Made by a program: the position numbers and the translations under genes. Below, in pieces: positions 14,454 to 20,655 of a stretch of DNA of 20,655 nt (the stretch's first letter is position 1; each line of letters starts with the position of its first letter). The notes beneath the pieces were generated by a model. The model ran no database searches. It was not told the DNA's origin and was given only the letters and a program-made list of their open reading frames with translations. This DNA is from Candidatus Heimdallarchaeota archaeon (lineage in GTDB: Archaea > Asgardarchaeota > Heimdallarchaeia > Heimdallarchaeales > Heimdallarchaeaceae). Where the stretch lies: the NCBI GenBank assembly GCA_030668825.1, contig DAOVET010000042.1, positions 1 through 20,655 on the forward strand, in the 5' to 3' direction.

Positions 14454-15398
14454 TTAACTTTCCACTTCTTTTCCACAATTAGAACATTTTTTTGCGTCCT
14501 CATAAATTACTAATCCACAATCGCTACAGAATACAGATTCAGTAGAATTGAAGGAAATGTCTGTAGGATCATCCTCATTATCAAAATAGATTAATGATGG
14601 ACCTTCAAAAGGTTGTCTCTCTCTTTTTTCTTGTTCATCAAGATTTTGCAATAGCTGTGCTCTGTTGACTTTTTTACTATCTCCCCAGAGAACTATGAAA
14701 AATCCTACAGCTACTACGGCTGAGATATAGGTCATGACTACCTCAGAATAAGCTATAAACAAATAAGGACTAATTGTTAAGAGAGGTACCATAAATAACA
14801 TGATGAATGATGCTAAATATCTAATAGCTGGATTCAAAGCAAACAAAGAGTAGAACACACTCTCTCCAGTAATTACTTTCTTGTATCTACCTATTGTATT
14901 AATTAAATTTTTAACTATATTCATACTATAAAAGTGTGCAACTATCATTAACATAAATGGAACAGTGAGATCACTCTGATGACTATAACTAAGATCTTTT
15001 TGTAGTATCATAAGAGCTTCATAGAGACCTAGAGCAAAAGCTGTTACTAGTAGAGCAAAAATAGCATTTCTTGCTTTCTTTTTATTTTCCAATCCAATAT
15101 TAGAACTTCTCCATTGAAGAACCTGAATGGCTATTAGAATAAACATGATGGCATAAAAAACTGAATCTGCAATTCGCCAGAAATCCATAACTTCTTCAGA
15201 AAAAATTGGTTCTCCTGTCTGATCTTCATAGAAAAATATGAACAAAACCCTATTGACCATTTCAATTATATAATATAGCATCATACCAAAACAAGCAAGT
15301 TTTATCCAGAAAAATGAAAACCTTTCTTCTCCATAGACTTTGACAGGATATTTATTGTTCATCAAATATGATAACCAATGAAAGTAAAGTTGAAGCAT
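14454..15398 (-). CDS. Multi-pass membrane protein with a C-terminal zinc ribbon
   Basis: About 6 hydrophobic segments, then C-terminal CSDCG-x8-CSNCG. The start could be the second Met (MNNKYPV). Confidence 0.8.
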   Translation of the reverse strand: MLQLYFHWLSYLMNNKYPVKVYGEERFSFFWIKLACFGMMLYYIIEMVNRVLFIFFYEDQTGEPIFSEEVMDFWRIADSVFYAIMFILIAIQVLQWRSSNIGLENKKKARNAIFALLVTAFALGLYEALMILQKDLSYSHQSDLTVPFMLMIVAHFYSMNIVKNLINTIGRYKKVITGESVFYSLFALNPAIRYLASFIMLFMVPLLTISPYLFIAYSEVVMTYISAVVAVGFFIVLWGDSKKVNRAQLLQNLDEQEKRERQPFEGPSLIYFDNEDDPTDISFNSTESVFCSDCGLVIYEDAKKCSNCGKEVES

Positions 15399-15411
15399 TT
15401 ATTTACTTTAC

Positions 15412-16890
15412 TTAATCTCTCTCTTCTGAATCTTTTTTAATTTCTTTTACAGACTTCTTCTCTTCTGCTTTTTTTTCTTCCATTGGTAGTTGTTTTGGAA
15501 TTGGAATAGTTTCTGTATCGGTGGGTCTTCCAATATATCCTCTAGCATCTTTGACAATACCCTCAGCTTTTGTCTCTATTGTTTTTACTTGTGGTTTAAT
15601 ATCTGATTTAGTTTCTATTGTTTCTACTAAGGGTATCAAAGATGGAATAGTTTCAATGGGTTCAATATCTGGTTTGACAGAATCTTTAGTTACAATTGAA
15701 TCAAAATCAGGCTTTATTGAAGTAGTCGATTCAAGGACATGAGATTTAACCTCTATTCCTGTTGAATCCTCTCCCACAGAATCAATTTCATCTTTAAACT
15801 TTATTCCTTCTTCATGCTGAAGTTGAATTCCTTTTTCGATTTTCTTCTTTAGTTCTTCTTTGTCAGTTATTTCTTCTGCAACAGGTTTGCTAACTATTTT
15901 AACCTCACCAATGTCATAGGAAAGTTGAAGTTTACTAGCAATCTGAGGAATTAATTTCTGGTAAAGTTTATTTGAGCCTTCTTTCCATTTTACAACATCA
16001 TTTTCTGCATCATAATCAAAATTCATGTCTAGTTTGCAGAATTTCTGAAGGGTAGATGATATGGTATTTGATGCTAACTCAATAGTTCCTCTTTTTGGAT
16101 TATCAGTTAATCCCAATTCAAAAATAAATTTAATATGTTTATCGTCTAAATTAGATGTAAATGCTAATAGAGAGATTATTGTTACTATTATTCCAATTGG
16201 CAGAACATATTCTGGAAAAATAGTTGTAGCTGGTATTGATAAAACAATAAGTACAATACCTGTAAGAATACCAATTATTTTAAGGAAGAGAAAAACAACA
16301 CTTTCTTTAACATAAGTATAAGGACCAAAAAGGGAGTAAAAAATCCAGTAGTTTAATGATTGGGGGTTGATATAGGATTTTGATGACATACCAAGATAGT
16401 TGCTTCTTTCAATCTGGTTTTGTTTTTCAATTTCTCTTATTTGGGAAAACTCAAAATGAGCAGAAGCATAGACTTCTTTCTTATCATAAAACAATAATTG
16501 AAAATAATTCTTTCCTTGTTTTATTGAACTTTTAAAAGATATATCTCTGAACCAGACTTCCTCAGGTTGAATAGTAATCGTTTCAACTTTTCTGGTTTTT
16601 TCATGCTTACGAAGGTCACTAAACCATCCTACAATTGAAAATCGGATAGATAAAGTGATAGGTTGACTTTCATTATTTGTTATAAAAACTCGAACAATTC
16701 CTTTTTTATCTTCAGGTATTTGATCAATTATTGGTAGCATAATAAAAGATATAGCATTAACTGATTCCATCTCTATATTGTCTCTGAGATCTTTGTCTAA
16801 TTCGCTATAGTGAATGAATTTAGAAACAAACTTTGAAGCAAAAATAGGATTCTCAAGAATTTCATTAGTCATGTTCCTCAGTATTGCCAT
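15412..16890 (-). CDS. Hypothetical membrane protein (beta-rich N-domain, TM hairpin, low-complexity E/K/P-rich C-terminus)
   Basis: Long ORF with a central hydrophobic pair and an Ig-like strand pattern (VRVFITNNESQPITLSIRF...ITIQPEE). Confidence 0.8.
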   Translation of the reverse strand: MAILRNMTNEILENPIFASKFVSKFIHYSELDKDLRDNIEMESVNAISFIMLPIIDQIPEDKKGIVRVFITNNESQPITLSIRFSIVGWFSDLRKHEKTRKVETITIQPEEVWFRDISFKSSIKQGKNYFQLLFYDKKEVYASAHFEFSQIREIEKQNQIERSNYLGMSSKSYINPQSLNYWIFYSLFGPYTYVKESVVFLFLKIIGILTGIVLIVLSIPATTIFPEYVLPIGIIVTIISLLAFTSNLDDKHIKFIFELGLTDNPKRGTIELASNTISSTLQKFCKLDMNFDYDAENDVVKWKEGSNKLYQKLIPQIASKLQLSYDIGEVKIVSKPVAEEITDKEELKKKIEKGIQLQHEEGIKFKDEIDSVGEDSTGIEVKSHVLESTTSIKPDFDSIVTKDSVKPDIEPIETIPSLIPLVETIETKSDIKPQVKTIETKAEGIVKDARGYIGRPTDTETIPIPKQLPMEEKKAEEKKSVKEIKKDSEERD

Positions 16891-17017
16891 TAATTTAAAC
16901 TATAAAAAAACTTCCCCAAGATGCAATGAAATCTGTTAATTTTGGTTTTTGATAATTGTGCTAGTACTGTAAGAACGTTTAATAAATATTTACCCATTAT
17001 TTATCTTGTGAGATAGT

Positions 17018-19054
17018 TTGAAATCAGATAATTTTGATTTACCTAATGAGTTTTCTAGATTTGAAAAATTCATCAAATCTGATTTTGAACAATTCTTTCC
17101 AGTTTTTCAAAAGTATCAAGAAATGCAGCATAGTTCTTTTCAGTCATTAGTCTATGCATCTGATGATTTAGCTAATACCCCAAGCATTCCTGAGTTTTCA
17201 CGAATTAATTATACTCAAATTACAATGATAGGGTATTTTCTTCTCTCACAATTTAAAAAAGTACTAACTTTTCCTATTCCTGAAGATAATTTTGAAGCTA
17301 TGTATTTCAGAATGAAATCAGCTAAATTTACTGGAGATAGGAAAGTAGTTTCTGCACTGATAGCAAACACAATTGCTTTGATGGTTGAACTTAAGAAGAC
17401 AGATCCTTCTATGCATAAAGCATTTTCAGCCATATTATCAATGGAAATAGCTTCTATGAATTCTGATGTTCAGACCGTTCAGCAATATTCCAAGGTTTTC
17501 CGTTCAAATCTGTTTGATACAGTTCTGATCGAAAAATATCCTCTTCTTACACTTCAAGTTGTTAGCGATTTAGCATATAGAGAATTCAGAACAGGAGACG
17601 AAGCTTATTCTGGTTGGTTGGAAATCTATAAAGAACTTGCTGAAGCCTTGAATATGGATACAAAAAGATTAGATTGCTACACAATGTTAGGTGGTCTTTA
17701 TCGATTCAAAGGTTATTTAGAAGAAGCTTCTGAATATTACGGCAAAGCTATAGTGATTGCTGAAAAAATAGGTAATAAGGAATTTATTGCATCACTCATT
17801 GCTAACATGGCAGATTTAGAACATACCAGAGGGAACTTGGAAAAAGCTCTTTCATTATGTCAAGAAGCTCTCAAGGATCCTGAGATTTCTCAATCCAAAC
17901 CTACTATTTATGTGAATATTGCTGAAGTTCTTATTAAACAAGAAAAGTATGGGGAAGCTTTGGAATATTTGGACAAGGCTCAGAATCTAACAAATAGAAA
18001 TTCACCAATTGTAAATCTTCTATATGGCTATTCTCTCACAAAAATTCCTGGTAAAAGTAATCTACAAGAAGGGATTAAATATCTTGAAAAGGGAGGAAAT
18101 CTAAGTGAAAAAACTAAAAACCAAAGATGGTTAACTACCTATTATTATTACATGGGGAGAACTTATCTTGATACATATGATTTATCTTCCTCAATTGAAT
18201 CTTTTAAAAAATGCTATGAACTAGCTATTATAAGTGAGTTCCAATACGTTGTTCTATCGCAATTATACTTAGCTGAAGCCTATCTTCACAGATATAAGAT
18301 TTCACAATCAGAAGCAGATTTAACAAACTCTGAAAGATATTTGGCGAATGTTATTTCCATCTGCCAAGAACAAGATTTACCCATTCTAGCAGAGGTTCTT
18401 TTTATCAGCGGACAACTTCTAGTAGCATTAAATGAACTGGTAGATGCTGAATATGTATTTGAACAAGCTAGAGATTTGGCAGAGAAAAATGCTAATTTTC
18501 CACTAATTGAAAAATGTGCAAAGAGTGTTTTGATGATTCAATCAAATGAAATTGAAAAGCCTATGTTCATTATCCACGAAATAACAGATGTAATTAATGA
18601 TCTTGCTAAACACTCATACATAAAGAAAACAAAACGTATGCCTCAAGTCTATTTCTTGAATATTTTCACTGATGAAGGATCTTATGTCTATTCATACTAC
18701 TTTAACAGACAATTTCCAATAAATGAAGTTCTAATTTCTGGGTTAATTTCTGCAATAAGAACTATGTCCTCTGAAGTTTTTGGAAGTGGGCTTAGAGGAA
18801 TAGATTTTGAGGGGAAAAAATTGCTTGTGGAGAGTTTTGGTAGATTTTGTGGCATTCTTGCTTGTGACAGAGACAGTTTTAATGCACGAACTAAGCTCTA
18901 TAATTTTGTGCAAAGATTCAATCAGAAATTCGAAGATAGCTATAAAAACATCAAAGAAAATGAAATTCTAGAACATTTTCAAAAAGAAGCAGATTTTCTT
19001 ATAGATATCATTTTTGAAAAATCTGAGAGGACGATTGTTACTCCGTCAAAATAG
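17018..19054 (+). CDS. TPR-repeat protein with a C-terminal longin-like domain
   Basis: TPR motifs (LGGLYRFKGYLEEASEYYGKA, MADLEHTRGNLEKALSLCQEA). C-terminal YFLNIFTDEGSYVYSY...LISGLISAIRTMSSEVF...LYNFVQRFNQKF pattern. Confidence 0.85.
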   Translation: MKSDNFDLPNEFSRFEKFIKSDFEQFFPVFQKYQEMQHSSFQSLVYASDDLANTPSIPEFSRINYTQITMIGYFLLSQFKKVLTFPIPEDNFEAMYFRMKSAKFTGDRKVVSALIANTIALMVELKKTDPSMHKAFSAILSMEIASMNSDVQTVQQYSKVFRSNLFDTVLIEKYPLLTLQVVSDLAYREFRTGDEAYSGWLEIYKELAEALNMDTKRLDCYTMLGGLYRFKGYLEEASEYYGKAIVIAEKIGNKEFIASLIANMADLEHTRGNLEKALSLCQEALKDPEISQSKPTIYVNIAEVLIKQEKYGEALEYLDKAQNLTNRNSPIVNLLYGYSLTKIPGKSNLQEGIKYLEKGGNLSEKTKNQRWLTTYYYYMGRTYLDTYDLSSSIESFKKCYELAIISEFQYVVLSQLYLAEAYLHRYKISQSEADLTNSERYLANVISICQEQDLPILAEVLFISGQLLVALNELVDAEYVFEQARDLAEKNANFPLIEKCAKSVLMIQSNEIEKPMFIIHEITDVINDLAKHSYIKKTKRMPQVYFLNIFTDEGSYVYSYYFNRQFPINEVLISGLISAIRTMSSEVFGSGLRGIDFEGKKLLVESFGRFCGILACDRDSFNARTKLYNFVQRFNQKFEDSYKNIKENEILEHFQKEADFLIDIIFEKSERTIVTPSK

Positions 19055-19093
19055 GAAACATTTTTTATCTGTCCTTCATTTGGTAAATCACTC

Positions 19094-20281
19094 ATGGTTG
19101 AATTGGATTATGATAATATCACTTCTACTGCTTTTCAGTTGAGATGTACTGCATGTGGGGATATTCACAATATCGACTCAAAACATAAACTCTGTTCTTG
19201 TGGAAAAGTTTTGTTTGTAGATTATGATCTAGAAAAAGCTAAAGAAACTTTGGATAAATCTTCTTTTCATAAACGAAGATATGATATCTGGCGTATGGCT
19301 GAGATAATGCCTGTTTTTGACAATAAATACCGTTTCACTTTAGGTGAAGGATGGACCCCCATAGTGAAAATTAACAATCTAGGAGAGATGATGGGGTTAA
19401 AGAATCTTTATCTTAAGGATGAAAGTTTTAATCCTACAGGGTCATTTAAAAGTAGAGGTTTATGTGCAGCTGTTTCAAGAGCTGTGGAATTAGGAATCAA
19501 TGATTTTGTTATCCCAACAGCTGGGAATGCTGGAGCTGCTTTAGCTGCTTATGCGGCAAGAACTAAATCGAAAGCTCATGTATTCATGCCTGAGGATACA
19601 CCTCCTTTCATCGTAAGAGAAATTAAAGCTCTTGGTGCTGATGCTAGACTTGTTGATGGAATAATAACTGATGCTGGAAAAATCGCAAAGGAAGAAGCTG
19701 AAAAAGAAGATTGGTTTGATATTTCAACCTTAAAAGAACCTTATAGAGTGGAAGGGAAGAAAACAATGGGTTTGGAACTTGCAGAGCAATTTAATTGGTC
19801 TCTTCCTGATGTGATTGTTTACCCTACAGGTGGAGGAACAGGAATCATCGGAATGTGGAAAGCCTTTGATGAATTAGAACAACTTGGATTTATTGATAGT
19901 CAAAGACCTAGAATGATTTCAGTTCAATCAAGTACTTGTGCCCCTATAGTTAAAGCATTTAAAGAAGGCAAAGACCATGCAGAATTTTGGGAAGATGCTC
20001 ATACAATCGCAGCAGGACTAAGAGTTCCATCTGCAATAGCTGATTATTTAATTCTTAAAACTATAAGAGATTCTAAGGGTACAGCAATCGCAGTTGATGA
20101 TTTAACAATTAAAATAGCTATGAATCAACTAGCAAAAGAAGAAGGAATTATGCTTTCACCAGAAGCAGCAGCGACAGTTGCATCACTGGATCTTTTAATT
20201 GATGATGGTGATATAACTAAGGAAGAAAAAGTAGTTATTTTTGGAACAGGTTCTGGATTAACTACACCTGAAGAGTGGTAA
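19094..20281 (+). CDS. thrC: Threonine synthase (PLP fold-type II, N-terminal Zn ribbon)
   Basis: CTACG...CSCG, LGEGWTP, NPTGSFKSRG (PLP lysine), GNAGAALAAYAA, EGKKTMG, YPTGGG and TGSGL motifs. Confidence 0.88.
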   Translation: MVELDYDNITSTAFQLRCTACGDIHNIDSKHKLCSCGKVLFVDYDLEKAKETLDKSSFHKRRYDIWRMAEIMPVFDNKYRFTLGEGWTPIVKINNLGEMMGLKNLYLKDESFNPTGSFKSRGLCAAVSRAVELGINDFVIPTAGNAGAALAAYAARTKSKAHVFMPEDTPPFIVREIKALGADARLVDGIITDAGKIAKEEAEKEDWFDISTLKEPYRVEGKKTMGLELAEQFNWSLPDVIVYPTGGGTGIIGMWKAFDELEQLGFIDSQRPRMISVQSSTCAPIVKAFKEGKDHAEFWEDAHTIAAGLRVPSAIADYLILKTIRDSKGTAIAVDDLTIKIAMNQLAKEEGIMLSPEAAATVASLDLLIDDGDITKEEKVVIFGTGSGLTTPEEW

Positions 20282-20285
20282 GAGA

Positions 20286-20655
20286 TTAAACTTTTGGAAT
20301 AATTTCTTCTACTAATATTTTCATCTGTTCAATTTCCTTATTTTGAGGAACCATGAAAATGAATTGTTCAACACCTAGTTTCGAATAAGCTTTTAACCAT
20401 TCTCTTATTTCTTCTATTGTTCCATGCATAGAACCTTCATAGCGTTTTTCAATTTCTTCTGGTGTAAATCCTCTTTTCTCAGCTACTTCTTTCCAAACTT
20501 TTTTCTTCTCTTCATCTGATTCATAAATTCTAGACCAAACACCATATGTTCTTCGTAGAGAATCAGGTGTTCTTTCATATTTCTCACAAAGCTCATCTAG
20601 CTGATTCATTTTATCTTCAAAATCCTCTAATGTATAAGCCCAAGCTAGATTGATT
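20286..20655 (-). CDS. C-terminal part of an LLM-class (luciferase-like, possibly F420-dependent) oxidoreductase, 5'-truncated by the window edge
   Basis: The frame is open to the edge (INLAWAYTLEDFEDKMNQLDELCEKYER...). GTIEEIREWLKAYSKLGVEQFIF is the typical LLM C-terminal pattern. Confidence 0.8.
   Translation of the reverse strand, partial: INLAWAYTLEDFEDKMNQLDELCEKYERTPDSLRRTYGVWSRIYESDEEKKKVWKEVAEKRGFTPEEIEKRYEGSMHGTIEEIREWLKAYSKLGVEQFIFMVPQNKEIEQMKILVEEIIPKV

Noticed and set aside
2065-17433. Short antisense ORFs in the track (2065, 4245, 5046, 6639, 10282, 10834, 12694, 13495, 15521, 16061, 17215)
   Set aside because: All overlap well-supported genes on the opposite strand and show no recognisable motifs, so they are treated as shadow ORFs.
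19094-20281. Cysteate synthase feeding the ComDE-like enzyme
   Set aside because: It lies ~10 kb away and its motifs fit ordinary threonine synthase-family proteins. It cannot be excluded without a phylogeny, but nothing here supports it.

Overview
AT-rich archaeal genomic window, most consistent with an Asgard archaeon (probably Heimdallarchaeia-like; inferred from gene content, not from a marker gene). It carries several eukaryotic-signature-type genes: a Rab-like small GTPase, a membrane-anchored RING-H2-variant protein and a TPR-longin protein. It also has a membrane-tethered SCP2 protein, a carbohydrate catabolic module (aldo/keto reductase, FGGY kinase, fused 2-hydroxyacid dehydrogenase/class II aldolase resembling mycobacterial serA2-fucA-xylB), a comD/comE-like TPP decarboxylase pair followed by a MoaD/SAMP sulfur carrier, two tandem paralogous surface proteins, and housekeeping genes (TrmO/TsaA, NDP-sugar pyrophosphorylase, threonine synthase). 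The most striking element is missing from the ORF track: a minus-strand gene running off the left edge. It encodes a signal peptide followed directly by identical 16-aa repeats (GPVQDEPIGELLPGGA), and its TATA box abuts a 15-bp inverted repeat, so it may be a regulated multi-copy secreted peptide precursor. No rRNA, tRNA, CRISPR array or transposase was recognised.
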